A stretch of 64,000 nt of DNA from Octopus sinensis (lineage: Eukaryota), in assembly GCF_006345805.1 (NCBI RefSeq), contig NC_043005.1, positions 78,802,001 through 78,866,000 on the forward strand. The letters are read 5' to 3'. The notes beneath the pieces are model-generated. The model was not told the DNA's origin and searched no databases. It was given only the letters and a program-made list of their open reading frames with translations. The first letter of the stretch is position 1, and every line of letters starts with the position of its first letter. The position numbers and the translations under genes were made by a program. Below are positions 50,229 to 64,000 of the stretch, piece after piece.

Positions 50229-50618
50229 GTGGAGGCGCAATGGCCCAGTGGTTAGGGCAGCGGACTCGCGGTCGTAGGTTCGCGGTTTCGATTCCCAGAC
50301 CGGGCGTTGTGAGTGTTTATTGAGCGAAAACACCTAAATCTCCACGAGGCTCCGGCAGGGGATGGTGGTGATCCCTGCTGTACTCTTTCACCACAACTTT
50401 CTCTCACTCTTACTTCCTGTTTCTGTTGTACCTGTATTTCAAAGGGCCGGCCTTGTCACTCTCTGTGTCACGCTGAATATCCGCGAGAACTACGTTAAAG
50501 GTACACGTGTCTGTGGAGTGCTCAGCCACTTAAACGTTAATTTCACGAGCAGGCTGTTCCGTTGATCGGATCAACCGGAACCCTCGTCGTCGTAACCGAC
50601 GGAGTGCTTCCCCCATCC
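50229..50618 (+). mobile_element. Young tRNA-derived SINE, head H1 plus tail T1
   Basis: 11-bp TSD ACATCTATAGC (50218-50228 / 50619-50629); near-identical to 8236-8622. Confidence 0.95.
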
Positions 50619-51689
50619 ACATCTATAGCAAGTTCTTTTCCTGGACACTTAAAACCCATATATACCCGCAACGCAAAACCTGCTCCTACTTGTTTGGACA
50701 TTGAACTCACCGGGAAACATCTGACTGTGCATTTCGAAATGTTCAGTAGGTAGTCGATACCCCTTAGCTAACAATTGCATACTGTCCTTCTCTTTCAGAT
50801 TGTGAAAGCTTAACATATCGCTTAATCTAAATACAGGGAAATTTTCGGACTTCATTTTTGTATGGACATATATGGATTAAAATACTATCGTGGGCCTCAT
50901 ATTTACTATTTTTCGTGCATGGACCCCAGAAAAAATTGCATATAGACTCCGAGGGTCATATGGACCCCGGTTAGGGAACACAGTAAATGGATTCAATAAC
51001 AAATCAATCTCTTTTAAGATGGACAAAATTTCACAAACTCGATTGTATATTTTATTTCATAAATATGCATCATTTGTAGTAAATCTTTTGTTAAACATGT
51101 TACTTTCCAATTATAATTATTATTCTAATAGAAAATATATTAAGAGTCATTTTATTTTACTACATATTTATCAAACATTGCTTCCCCCGTTCTTCTCTGT
51201 TCATATTTTGATAAGAAGTGAAATAATACACGTAATTAATTCTATGTAAAACGATGGAGCAATTTTCTGCAAAATTCCATTTCATTTTTATTCTTATTTC
51301 TTTATTGAATTGAATAAAACAGAGCTATAAAGTCTCATTATATAACCACGAACTTCGTATTGGTTCAGTGTTTAATTATAAGAACTGGATTGTTTATTTC
51401 TCATCTTTTTATCTTATTTTGCTGATGTGGTTTTTAATTTTTTTTTTATTAATTAATTCCACATCCAGTGAATTGTGGTTTTCATAGAAGTTAAAAGGAA
51501 CTGTAACCAGAAATCTAACCGGAAATAATTATAGGAGCGATGAGAAATGGTGGGATTGGAAGAGGGGGGGGGAAGGAAAGGAAAGGAAATTTTGTTGTTG
51601 TAGCCTTGAGAAGACTTACCTATTAAAGTATAAAGTAAAAATAATAGTGGAAATATTAGTAGCAAAAAAGTATAGAAATGAGTTCGGTT

Positions 51690-51995
51690 TGTTAGAGTGA
51701 GAGAGAGGCAAGAAATGGAGAGATTAAGGGAAAGAGAAGGAAAAGTTGGAAAGGAAAAAGAAGGATTGAAATAAAGAAGAAGGGAGAGAAAATCAGAAAA
51801 AGTAAGAGAATAATGGAAAAAGATTCAGAAGAAGGCAAAAGGAAAAAAAGTGAAGATGAAGGTAAAAAGAGAAAGTTAGGGAAATTAGCAGAGAGAGAGA
51901 GAGAGAAGTAGAAGAAGAGAAAGTACAGCAGATAAAAGGAGAGAGCTTGCGAGAGAGAAAGAAAGAGGAGGAGAGAGAAAGAAAATGCCATCAAG
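51690..51995. repeat. Purine-rich (A/G) low-complexity tract
   Basis: About 300 bp dominated by A and G. Confidence 0.85.
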
Positions 51996-52004
51996 AAGAT
52001 TGAG

Positions 52005-52040
<36 letters not shown>

Positions 52041-52161
52041 TTGAAAATGGTATATGTATGTAAGTCTGTTCATATGGGTGCATTGCACAATCTTTATCTA
52101 ATCTATTTATCGCCCCCTCTGTATGTGTGTGTATGCATACATGCATGCGCGCACACATACA

Positions 52162-52205
<44 letters not shown>

Positions 52206-52599
52206 ATATATTTATTATTTATTTATTTTTATTTATTTATTTATATATATGCGCATCCATACATTTATTCACGTATGCAGATACATCTCTATGTGTTTGT
52301 TTGTGTACCTGTGTGTATTGTGTGTGTGTGTGTGTGTGTGTGTGAATGTGTGTTGCGTGCATGCGTGTGTAGATCTGTGTGTGTACATCTGAAGAAGGCA
52401 GGAAAGAGGAAACGACAAATAAGAAGACATAATCAACATATGGGAATCTGCAGTTTTCTATATTCTTAATGAGAAATAAGAGAACGGAAGAAATACAATG
52501 ATGAGGAAAGAAACAGAAGAGGACAACTATGAAAAGTGGAAGATATATTAGAAGTAATTTGCAATGATTTATAAACTAAAATATTATATTGGTTTCAAG

Positions 52600-53460
52600 T
52601 TTTTGGCGCAATTAATGGTTGCTTTATCGACCCCGAAAAAGTGAAAGGTAAAGTAGACCTCGGTAGAATTTGAACACAGAACGTAAAGACCGGCGATGTA
52701 CTGCAAAGCATTTTGCCCACACTGCTAACGGCTCAGTGACCTTGCCGTCTTAATAATAACCCTTTCTACGAAAGGCAGAAGGCCTGAAACTTGGTAACCC
52801 TTTCTACGAAAGGCACAAGGCCTGAAACTTGGTAAAACTTTCTCCTAAAGGTACAAGGCCGGAAAGTTGGTAACCTTTCTACTAAAGGCTCAAGGCCTGG
52901 AACTTGGTAACCCTTTCTACTAAAGGCACAAGGCCTGAAACTTGGAGGAGGACGGGGATGGGGTATAGTCGATTACATTGACCCCAGTACTCAACTGGTA
53001 ATTATTTCATCGACCCCGAAAGAATGAAAGGCTAAGTCGGTCTCGTGGAATTTGAGCTCAGAACGTAAAGACGGACGAAATGCCTCTATGCTTACGGGGA
53101 TGGGGTATAGTTGATTACATCGACCCCTTTACTCAGCTGGTACTTATTTCATCGACCCCGAAAGGATGAAAGGCATACTGGATCTCGGTGGAATTTGAAC
53201 ACAGAATGTAAAGACGGGTGATGTGCCCCAAGGCATTTTGCTCGCTCGGTAAAGTGACCTTCCCGTCTTAATAATAACCCTTTCGACTAAAGGCACAAGG
53301 CCTGAAACATGGAGGAGGACGGGGATGGGGTATAGTCAATTACATCGACCCCAGTACTCAACTGGTACTTATTTCATCGACTCCAAATGAGTGAAAGGCT
53401 TAGTTGGTCACGGTGGAATTTGAGCTCAGAACATAAAGACGGACGAAATGCCGCTAAGCT
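52600..53460 (-). mobile_element. Tandem array of four SINE family C copies with a 38-bp minisatellite
   Basis: Copies at about 52600-52750, 52911-53095, 53096-53270 and 53277-53460; five 37-38-bp units at 52760-52945. Confidence 0.85.
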
Positions 53461-53928
53461 TCTCTATCACTACAGTCACCACCACCACAACGACCATCAT
53501 CTCCATCACGAAGTTCCCCCATTTTCTTCTCCTCATCCTCATCGTCACCACTACCATCACCACCATCATTAGTGGCGACAGAAACATCATCATCATCCCT
53601 ATCACTGTCGTCATGGTCTTCGTTGTCATCGTTTCCATTATCATCAACATCATCATCATAATCGTCGTCGTCGTGGCCGCTGGTATCATCATCATCATCA
53701 CCGTCGTCATCATCTCTATCGCTGTCGTCATGGTCTGCGTCATCGTAGGCTCCATCATCGTTGTCATCGTCGTCGTCGTCATTATCATCATCATAATCGT
53801 CATCTTCATCGTCATCATCATCGTCATCATCATAGTCGTCATAATCGTCATCATCATCTTCGTCATCATCATCGTTGTCATCATAATCAGCATCAACAAC
53901 GTCATCCACATCTTCGTCATCATCATCG

Positions 53929-53968
<40 letters not shown>

Positions 53969-54757
53969 TATCATCCCCGTCGTCGTTGTCATCGTCGTCG
54001 TCCACCTCCTGCTCCTCCTCATCATCATCATGGTCGTCGTTGACGTCATCATCATCATCATCATCATCTTCGTCGTAATCATATGCATCGTCATTATCAT
54101 CGTCATTATCATCATCCCCTCCTTCTCCTTCTCCTTTTCCTCCTCATCGTCAATTTTCTCCTCCTCCTCTTCCTCCTCCTCCTCATCGTTATTATCATCC
54201 TCCTCAGCAACATCGTCATCTTCATCATCCCTTCCCCCTCCCCTCCTCCTCCTCATTATTGTCGTAATCCCCTTCATCGTCATCAGCATCATCGTCGTTG
54301 TCGTCTTTGTCGTCGTCATCGTTTGTCGTCATCGTCATCACATATGACATCGACAACGAAGATGACGCCGATGATAATGCCAACCAGCGCCACGATATTC
54401 ATAGGCGTCCATGACATTATGACGAGCAACAAAACAGAAACCCCAGTATTTTATCATCAACAACGACGGCAATGTTAATGGTATTTGAAGAATATCTTCT
54501 TTTCTCTCTTCATGTTTTACTCCATTCTTTAATTCCTGATAAAGCCATCGAACCTCACCAACACCAACACCGTCATCAATTCAATGAGCTCATCGCCACC
54601 ACCACCACCAACATCATCATCATCATCATCATCATCACCACCACCACAATCACCCCCCCCCCGCCGCCATCACTTTCATTGTCACAAATCTCCACCTCGT
54701 TCTGAACTATCTCCGCCCCTGTCTGTGATTTTCTATTTCTACGTTTTCTTCGAGAAG

Positions 54758-54824
<67 letters not shown>

Positions 54825-54886
54825 CAACAACAACAATAATAATAATAAAAATAGTTTCAACAATTATTAATACAATATTGTTTTCT

Positions 54887-54931
<45 letters not shown>

Positions 54932-55101
54932 GTAGTAGTAGTAGTAGTAGCAGTAGTAGTAGCAGTAGTAGTAGTAGTAGTAGTCGCTCCTTTTGTTTTT
55001 ATTTCTTTTGTTATTCTTAGGATATCTTGGAATGTCTGCGATAATTATCATCATTAGCATAATTAATATGAATATCATTTATGTTATTATTATTATTATT
55101 A

Positions 55102-55153
<52 letters not shown>

Positions 55154-55400
55154 GTTGTTGTTGTTGTTGTCGTTGTTTCATCATCATCATCATCATCATC
55201 ATCACCATCATCATCACCATCATCATCACCATCATCATCAACGGTGGCAGCATCAGCAGCAGCAGGAGCAGCATTAGTACGAGTGCAAGACTGTTAAGAA
55301 TGTTGATGTTACCATCACTGTTGATATTGCCGTTCTTCTGGCTGTTTTTGCCGTTTTGGTGATCGTTGTTGTTGTTATTGTTGTTGTTGTTGTTGCTTTT
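53455..55400. repeat. Compound trinucleotide tracts (CAT/CGT/CCT/AAT/TAG/GTT)
   Basis: Read directly; the 297/299-aa ORFs are by-products of the repeats. Confidence 0.9.
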
Positions 55401-56474
55401 GCTGTTGTTCTTTGTTGTTGTCGATGTCGTTGTTGTTGTAATTACTGTTGTTGCTCTTATTAATAATTATTCCAACTACCTTTTATTTTTGCATTCATCC
55501 GACTGTTCGTCTTTGTTATTGTTGACATTAAAAAGAATAGTTTGCGCCAAGTTGTTTTTCGCTTATAAAAGTTATGTTTCAAATGTTATTATATTCATGT
55601 TTTCGTTTTTGAAGGTGAACCATTGTTTTTTCAAAGAAACTGACTTACAAATAGAACAGAAAAGATCATAGCATGGATGCCATAAAAACACACAAAAAAA
55701 AAAAACAAGAACAAATACACATGGAAGATGGGTAATAAATTAAATGCTTCAAAGACTGGAATTTTCAGTCGCTGGATCAATCACGCAGGAGATATTTTCA
55801 TTCTTCGAAATAGTGAACAATATGATACAGTAAAACAGACTACTGGTGACTAGGTCGTAGGCGGACGACAAAAGACTTTTGAAGTGAATGGTATGTAATT
55901 CTGTAAGAGGATATATATAACAAAAGAAGAATATATTGGAATATGTGTGTTTGAAAATGGCTCTTCCACAATGTAAATCAGTGCTTTGAAAATATTTTTT
56001 AACTGTCGCTTCTTCCTTTTCTTCTGCTGCCACATTTTCAATTTAGTTCTCGGTAGAATTCAACGTTCCAACGCCCTGGCGTCCATTTACCTCATTTTAA
56101 ATATACATGCTCAGGCGTAGTTGTGGCTGTGTGGTAAGAAGTTTGCTTATTCGGACACGAAAGTTCAAAATAAACGTACGAGGCTTACGTAACGGCAGAC
56201 GAAATACGGCTATGCATTTCCCCCGGCGTGCTAACGTTTCTGCCAGCTCGCCGCCTTACCCCCGGCATGATATTGCAAGCATTTGTTTTTGTTTTTTTTT
56301 TTTTTTTTTCATGTTTTAGTCATTAGACTGCGGCTATGCTGGAGCAGTGTCTTGAATAATTTTAATCTAATGAATCAACCTTCATTTTCATTTGTCATTT
56401 CATATAACATTGTGTCTATGTCCAGCCTGCAGCTTACCATTTATGTCTTGCTCTTGTGGCAAATTATATGAATA

Positions 56475-56910
56475 AAAGAGGTTTGCTTGCCGACCGCATG
56501 TTATTGGGTTCGGTTCCACAGCGTGGCACCTTGGACAAGTGTTTTGAAATATGGTTTCCGGCCGACCAAAGCCTTCGGAGTGGATTTGGTAGGCGGAAAG
56601 TGAAAGAATCACGTCGTATATACGATTACATGTGTGTGTGTGTGTGCATGTGTGTGTGTGTGTGTGCGTGTGTGTATGTGCGTGTGTTTTGTGTGTGTGT
56701 GTGAGTATACATCTATGTGTTTGTGTTTCTTTCTCACTGCCGCTTGACAATCGGTGTTGATTGGTTTACGTCTACTGTAAATTAGCGGTTCAGCAAAATA
56801 GACCGATAGAATAACTATGAGGCTTAAAAAATATAATAGAGTCGATTCATTCTGCTAATATTATTCAAGGCGCTGCTCCAGCATGGCCGCGGTTTAATGG
56901 CTAAAACATG
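56475..56910 (+). mobile_element. SINE family B
   Basis: Head, (TG)n centre and tail present. Confidence 0.75.
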
Positions 56911-56967
56911 AAACCCCCCCCCCAAAAAAAAAAAAAACACACAAATACATGCAATATCAAGTCGGGG

Positions 56968-57380
56968 GTAAGGCGGCGAGCTGGTAGAAACGTTAGCACG
57001 CCGGGCGAAATTCTTAGCGGTATTTCGTCTGCCGCTACGTTCTAAGTTCAAATTCCGTCGAGGTCGACTTTGCCTTTCATCCTTTCTGGGTCGATAAATT
57101 AAGTACCAGTTACGCATTGGGGTCGATATATTCGACTTAATCCGTTTGTCTGTCCTTGTTTGTCCTCTCTGTGTGGAATTTGACCTCAGAACGTAAAGAC
57201 AGGCGAAATACCTATTTCTTTACTGCCCACAAGGGGCTATACACAGAGGGGACAAACAAGGACAGACAAACGGATTAAGTCGATCATATCGACCCCAGTG
57301 CGTAACTGGTTCTTAATTTATCAACCCCGAAAGGATGAAAGGCAAAGTCGACCTGGGCGGAATTTGAACTCAGAGCCAGC
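56968..57380. mobile_element. Inverted pair of SINE family C copies (56968-57177 +, 57185-57380 -)
   Basis: 57040-57175 is complementary to 57240-57375. Confidence 0.85.
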
Positions 57381-57554
57381 TCGCGGCCTTGTCAAATTCA
57401 CAATATTGTTTTTGTGGTTGTGACTGTGGTTTATTGTAATATTACTTTCAAATTTTGGCACAAGGCCTACGATCTCATGGTGGTTCGAAGACATTAACCC
57501 TAATACCCAGCTAGTACTTATTATTTGATCCACTCGAAAAGGATGAAAGACAGG

Positions 57555-57890
57555 AGCGGCTGTGTGGTAAATAGCTTACCTACCAACCACATGGTTCTGG
57601 GTTCAGCACCACTGCGTGGCGCTATGGGCAAGTGTCTTCTGCTATAGCCTCGAGCCGATGCTATAGCTGAACGTATGTATATGTTTGTGTGTCTGTATCT
57701 CCCCACCCCCATCATCACTTAGCAACCGATGCTGGTGCGTTTACGTCCCCGTAACTTGGCGGGTCGGCAAATGAGACCGATATAATAACTACTATGCTTA
57801 CAATGAATAAGGCATGGTGTTGATTTGTTCGACTAAATGTGGTACTGCAGTTTGGCTGCAGTCAAACGACTGAAATTACTAAAAGAATAA
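57555..57890 (+). mobile_element. SINE family B
   Basis: Near full-length copy. Confidence 0.8.
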
Positions 57891-57999
57891 AAGCGATCCC
57901 AGCAGCATTTGATTTCAGAACGTAAAGACAGACGAAATGCCGCTAAGCGTTTGGTCCGGCGTGCTAACGATTTTACCAGCTCGAAGGCCTTGACATCTT

Positions 58000-58222
58000 T
58001 TATCTTTTTCTTGTTTCACTCATTAGACGGCGAGCAATGATGTAGTTATCATTTTTAAAAGCTGGTACTTTTTCTGTCCTACTATTATTCCGAACTGCCA
58101 CGTTACGCAGACGGAAGCAAAACAACATCAATTGTCAAGCGATGATGGGAGACACTCACAGACACAAAGGCACATATAAACACACACACACGCACGCACG
58201 CACACACATACACATACACGCA

Positions 58223-58262
<40 letters not shown>

Positions 58263-58430
58263 CACACACACACACAAGTCGGACACCTTTCAGTTTCCGT
58301 CTACCATATTCACTCACAAGGTTTTGGGCGGTCCGAGGATTTAAGTAACAGATTCTTGTCCGTGGTGCCACTGGACCCGGAACCCTGTGACTGGTAAACA
58401 AGCTTATTAAGAGATGGCTACACCGGCCTC
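58000..58430 (-). mobile_element. SINE family B, degenerate
   Basis: Tail, (CA)n centre and head. Confidence 0.7.
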
Positions 58431-59506
58431 TACCTTAACTTCCAAACCAGAGCATTGAAGTAAAGCTGGCAAAATATTTTGTACGTCAATCTCTGTGACA
58501 AATGATGGCGGAAGAGAAAAAGGGAAGAAAATAGAAATTAAAAATGCCAGTCCAGCCGAAAAGTCATGTCAGACTAAGAAGAAAAGAACCATATAGTGCA
58601 AAGCAATTTTTACATCAGACGTTTATCTGTCTGCCAAACTCTCTTGCTCTATGATGCATAACATAGTATATACAATTAATGGTGATTCTCATAAATGAAA
58701 TAAATGGCGGTGGAGTGGAATACTGAGAGAAGAGCAACAAAAAGCTGGACTGTTGGAAATGAAGGTAATCCGTTTGACAATACCTTATTTGATAAAGAGA
58801 ATGGTTTCTGTTCTAGAAAGTGTGCTATCAGGCATTTGAAAGCGACAGAGGAAACGAGTCGTTTTATAAAAGTTAGTCAGTAAGCTGGTGGTATCCAAAA
58901 GCTAGTGGAGAAGGGTATGGGCTAGTTATGAAAAGAAAACGATAAACGATAGAATTTTGTTTGGTATAAGGGAAAAATAATGCCATTTTGATGATTAAAT
59001 ATTTAATAAGAATCAAATATTTAATAACGTGATAGACACGAATAAAGAAGTATGAAAGGCCGGAAGTCGATAAATTTATTAAGACTACGCATGTAACTAG
59101 TGAACAGAGAGTTTGCTTCGATGAGAAGTAGTATTTCGTCTTATGTCTCAGGAAATTAGGTTCATCAGAAGACAATGCGGGGTTGTAAGAATTGTCTATG
59201 TTCCTCTTTTGCCTGCAGTGATTTTCCGATAGATTCAGATGCTGGAGTGGTCGGTGTGAGGTAGAGAAAAACCAGTTGAGAATCCACTCGCCCACCACCA
59301 CGTACATTACGCTCTTTTCATTATTGGAATCTGTCCAATGTTTCTTAAAAAGACGACGACGAAGTCACACAAAATATCACTTTCTTTATGTCAAATCTAC
59401 CACATGCAGACAGACGTATGTTAGTGTTAATGATTGAATTATAAAGGCTACTTTCGTTGAAATATGTATGCAAGTAAGATGGCGCGAAGAATGAAGGCTG
59501 CAGACA

Positions 59507-59578
<72 letters not shown>

Positions 59579-59865
59579 TATATATGTATATATACTGTGA
59601 GTCTAGATTTGGGCGTGGGTGTAGGTTATAAGCATTTAGTTGTTTGACACGAAGTGCATTCAACTTTTACGCTTCATTTAATATTGGTTGGAATCCATAT
59701 TCATAAATACTAGAAATAAATAGGAAAAGAGTTTGGCATTTTCGTATCCGTCTGTTTGATTATGTATGCAAGTGTATACACACACACACACACGGAATTA
59801 CATACAGACACACACAGACACCCAACCAAACACAGAAACACAGACACCCCCAACCACACACACAC

Positions 59866-59910
<45 letters not shown>

Positions 59911-60962
59911 GTATGCGTATGCGTGTGTGTGTGTATTTTTGTGCGTAAGTGGCGTTGTGTACACGAACAGGATGTATAAATGTCTACATGCGTGTTTGGA
60001 ATCTTGTAATGAATGTCTTACAAATACATGTATGTGTGTGTGTGTTGTGTGTGTGTTGTGTGTGTGTTGTGTGTTTATGTATGAATATGTAAGTACATAT
60101 ATATATATATATATTTATTTATATATATGCGCATATTTGTATATTTGTGGGTATGTATGCGAGTACCAAATCTATGCATGTATTTATAAAAGTGTGCATG
60201 TGGTAATTTAGGGGCGTTCACATGTATATGTGTGTGTGTGTGTGTGTGTTCGTACTTATGTAAGCATATAAGGAGGTGTGTATCTATGCATGAATGAAAA
60301 CGTGAATAATAAAATAGGGAAGATGTATATATGTATTAATATCCGCCACATACTCTCACGCACTCCCTTGCACATACATAAATACATGTATATCTGTGTG
60401 TGTGTGTGTGTACGAGTGTGTGTGAGTGTTCGTGTATATAAGTATATGCGCAGGGGCCCACATATAATACTTGAAAATGATGTTTATTAGCTAACAGAAA
60501 CGTAACTGAACAATGAACTCAATACAGTGGGTAGAGTATATTATTTATTATGGCTGGTAAAAGATAAAAGTGACATCGAAGTTGCACGTGATTAGTTTTT
60601 CAAAATACAAAATACTGAATATTTTCCGATATATTTGTGAATTCAGGAGAGATTGGATGGAAGAATACATGGGGTTGTGAAAAATATATTAGTTTCAAAT
60701 TTTTGCACAAGGCCAGCATTTCAGGAGAGAGGGTGATTCAGCTATATCGAACCGAGTGCTCAGTATTTTTCCCCGCATGTTAACGATTCTACCACTTCAC
60801 TACTTTTTCTCATAAGGCTTTGGTCGCCCTGAGGCTATAGTAGGTTGATGTTTGTATAAAAAATAATATTAGTCATATATTTACACCAAGTGTATTATAG
60901 TAACTATGGAATCATGGCGCCGTGTGTAACGGAGTACAAATATTGGTGCAGAAAGTAGTATA

Positions 60963-61197
60963 CAGTAATAGTTCACCATATCGCAGTTCACGTATCACGG
61001 TTCACCTATCGCGGTCCACCTATCGCTGTTTATCTTTTAAGCTTACGTCGATTCCTCCGTGGCGTTGATTTGCATTTATGATAAAATAAATATAAACAAA
61101 TTTTAAAAATAATTGAAAAGATATACAGTACAGTACTGCTTCTACTTTGCAGATTTTCACCTATCGCGGGGGGTTTGGGAACTTGATACCCGCGAGA
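60963..61197. mobile_element. Tigger/pogo-like MITE remnant
   Basis: TA|CAGTAAT start; repeated TCACCTATCGCGG motifs; right part matches 42876-42968. Confidence 0.5.
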
Positions 61198-61539
61198 AAG
61201 CATATATAAAATTTAATTTTAACAGATTAAAATCAGAATATTTGCAAGTAAGTACTGTCTCGAGACCAAGATCTCATAGTATCCGTTACCCGCTTTCCAT
61301 GGCGTATAAATAACCAAGACCACAATGTTTTCACTGACCGAGGTGTCAGTAAGTCGCAGGGTGTATCCATATACGAATGAATGAACTGGAGGCAACGTGG
61401 AATGAAATATTTTGCTTAAGAAAACAACACACTACCCGGTCTGAGATTCGAAATCAAGATTTTGTGATCAAGAATGCTACAGGCTAACCACTAGCCGTTC
61501 ACAAATATACTTGTAGTTTGGTCATATTTGTCAGGCTTC

Positions 61540-62060
61540 CAAAGTAGCGAGCTAGACGAACCGTTCCCAGGCCGGGAAAAATGCTTAGCGGTATTTCTTC
61601 CGTCTTTACATTCAGATTTCAAATCTGCCGAGGTCAGCCTTGCCTTTCATTTTTCCAGGATCGATATAATAAGTTGAACGCTGGAGTCGATGTCATCGAC
61701 TTACTCTTACTCTCTTTTACCCTTTTACTTCTTTCAGTCATGTGACTGTGGCCATGCTGGAGCACCGCCTTTAGTCGAGCAAATCGACCCCAGGTCTTAT
61801 TCCTTGTAAGCCTAGTACTTATTCTATCGGTCTCTTTTGCCGAACCGCTAAGTTACGGGAACGTAAACACACCAGCGTCAGTTGTCAATGGATGTTGGGA
61901 GGAACAAACACAGACACACAAACATATACACACTCACAAGGCTTTGATCGTCCCGAGGCTATAGTAGAAGACACTTGTCCAAGGTGCCACGCAGTGGGAC
62001 TGAACCTGAACCCATGTGGTTGGTAAGCAAGCTAAGAAAACAACAGCCACTCATGCGCCT
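61540..62060. mobile_element. SINE family C (61540-61700 +) and SINE family B (61720-62060 -)
   Basis: Matches the family blocks seen elsewhere in the window. Confidence 0.8.
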
Positions 62061-63093
62061 CCCTGAAAATTGCTGGCCTTGTGCCAAAATTTAAAATCAA
62101 TATTTATCAGGTTTCTGAATTTGCTAGAATAATAGAATTAAATACATGTGACTGACGAAGTTATATATTAATGGTATGAATATACGATAAACGTATGTTA
62201 TTGTTTGTAAAGCGCATTGTATTCTTTGGTATTCAGTCAGTGTTTTCACGAGTTACTTATTATTCAGTGATATAAGCTATTTGTAATATCTTCTATTATA
62301 CAACTGGAATTAGTTATTATCAAATGAAGTTAGAAGTTACTTGAGGCAAATTTTCCGTGTTGAATAAATAACAGATGATATGAAAGTTATTAGGTTGTTG
62401 TAATTGAACATGAATATCTCATTTCTGTATATTATTACGTAAGGAGGAATAATTTAGCGTTTTGGTTAATTAATTAATTTTGCATCATTAGCGTCGAAAT
62501 CATATTGTATTATCTGATAAATAATATATTATTTAAGAACAAGGTATTATAGAGAATAACTTGCGAGGGCATAAAATATAAGTAGATATTAGTTAGTGGT
62601 ATTCAATTAGAGAAATGAGTAAATATATGTAAGTATATATAATAGGTGCAGGAATGGGTATGTGATTAAAATGCTTGCTTTGCAAACACGTGATTTCGGG
62701 TTCAGTCCCACTGCGAAATATGTCAATACGATATAAAACAACAAATCTTGATCATTAAAGAGCAGGGATTACGATCGTAACTGTTGATGTAATACACATA
62801 AGAATATGACGAAGTAGAATGAAATACTAACGCACATATGTAACAAGCTACCGGAGTTTCTGTCAAAAATATTCACTCATAAGGTGCCACGTTGTGAGAC
62901 TCGCTACATGGATGCAAAACGAACCTTTTAGCCATGCAGGTATGTCTGTACCTTGAAAGAAATAGAAATTGCTAATTGGATCCAAAATAAGTGAAATCTG
63001 TGATCTTCAGTTATAACTGATGTTGACTGACCGATAAGAAATCGCATTTTCTTTCAAACGTTACAGCGATCGTGGAGTAAAGACTGGACTACA

Positions 63094-63488
63094 TCTTTTT
63101 TATATATAAAAGTGAGGTTGTGTGCTGTCTGTCTCCTACGATTTAGATTCCTAACTACTCCCACATTTTGCGGTGCAGTTTAACCAAAACCGGGTATCTT
63201 ATAGTCGTGATTCATATCGAGCCCTTCTGGGTATTAGCGCGCGTCTACGATGAGTCTACGATTTAAAAAAAAATTTAACCATCAATTTTTCCCATTTTAA
63301 TGCATTTTTGGCATATATAAGGGAAGTAACTCTCTAAAAATTTATTAAATCTCAGAACGTAAAAAGCTACAGTAACACCCCCCTTTGTGGTTAGCCATAT
63401 TGAGATGGCTATTATACTTTACATCTCTAAAAATGCTTATATAATTATTTCCCTTATAAACCCGAGCAACGCCGGGCGATACTGCTAG
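63094..63488 (+). mobile_element. Non-autonomous Helitron-like element (395 bp)
   Basis: A|TC 5' end (TCTTTTTTATATATAAAAG); hairpin CCCGAGCAACGCCGGG; CTAG|T 3' end; the 3' 30 bp match 27624-27653. Confidence 0.85.
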
Positions 63489-64000
63489 TAATATTTAAGA
63501 TTGTTTCGATTCTTGCTTATTTCCGAAGGCGAATTATGTTGTAAGTCTATAAATTTTGCTTCTAAATCAATGTTATTTTTAGAATTATTGAAAATGGAAA
63601 AGAGATGTAAATAGATGCAGAATGAAATGAAGAGAGAGAGCGTTAATAGCTGAAAACTAATTGGAAATGTTGTCACCTGCTCCGAGGTCATTCACAGAGA
63701 AAAGGAGAAAGAAACACCGCAGTAAATATTTTTTTACATTCTTTTCAAAGAAGAAAAATAGAACATAAAATGTAAAGATTTATCTTCTTTATTGTATATG
63801 TAGACGCAAGACAGTGAACTTCAATTACACAAAATTTATATATATAAAATGGCATGAAGCAGCACTGAATATAATTCATTCGAACAAAGTTGTATTTAAC
63901 GTGCTCGGTTGTATTCGAACATGGTAAGACCTTTCGCGCTGGAAATAATCCTCGGAGAAAATTCTCTTCCAAGACAACAATATAAAGAATTTGGCATTAG

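Noticed and set aside
52760-52945. 37-38-bp direct repeats as a CRISPR array
   Set aside because: Repeats are contiguous with no spacers, derive from the SINE C 3' end, there are no cas genes, and the context is eukaryotic
55749-56041. Exon candidates (ATG|GTATGT donor on plus; 94-aa ORF on minus)
   Set aside because: In-frame stops between plausible acceptor and donor, and no domain similarity
59120-59175. CTGATGA...GAAA on the minus strand
   Set aside because: Pairing is between the helix I position and the pre-GAAA segment, which is the wrong topology for a hammerhead

Overview
Eukaryotic, AT-rich, repeat-saturated DNA. The SINE families and heavy (TA)n/(CA)n/(TACA)n/(TCTA)n/(CAT)n microsatellite load suggest an Octopus (coleoid cephalopod) genome; this is recognition, not a database hit. 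No intact host gene is supported, and most listed ORFs are translated microsatellites or low-complexity tracts. Supported content: (1) a full-length but dead DD34D mariner with TIRs and TA TSD (24721-25995); (2) remnants of non-LTR retrotransposons: three R4/Dong-like RLE elements, one HERO-like RLE element, CR1 and RTE fragments, and a Penelope-like GIY-YIG remnant; (3) two non-autonomous Helitrons with shared ends; (4) dozens of tRNA-derived SINEs that swap heads and tails; (5) several long foldback (inverted-repeat) structures. The main signal that simple annotation misses is about eight type-I hammerhead-ribozyme-like motifs from several unrelated sequence families. Two have intact catalytic cores, two or three have an unusually long helix II, and several sit inside foldback arms facing their own antisense copy. 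Coordinates of degenerate repeats are approximate (about +/-10-20 bp).
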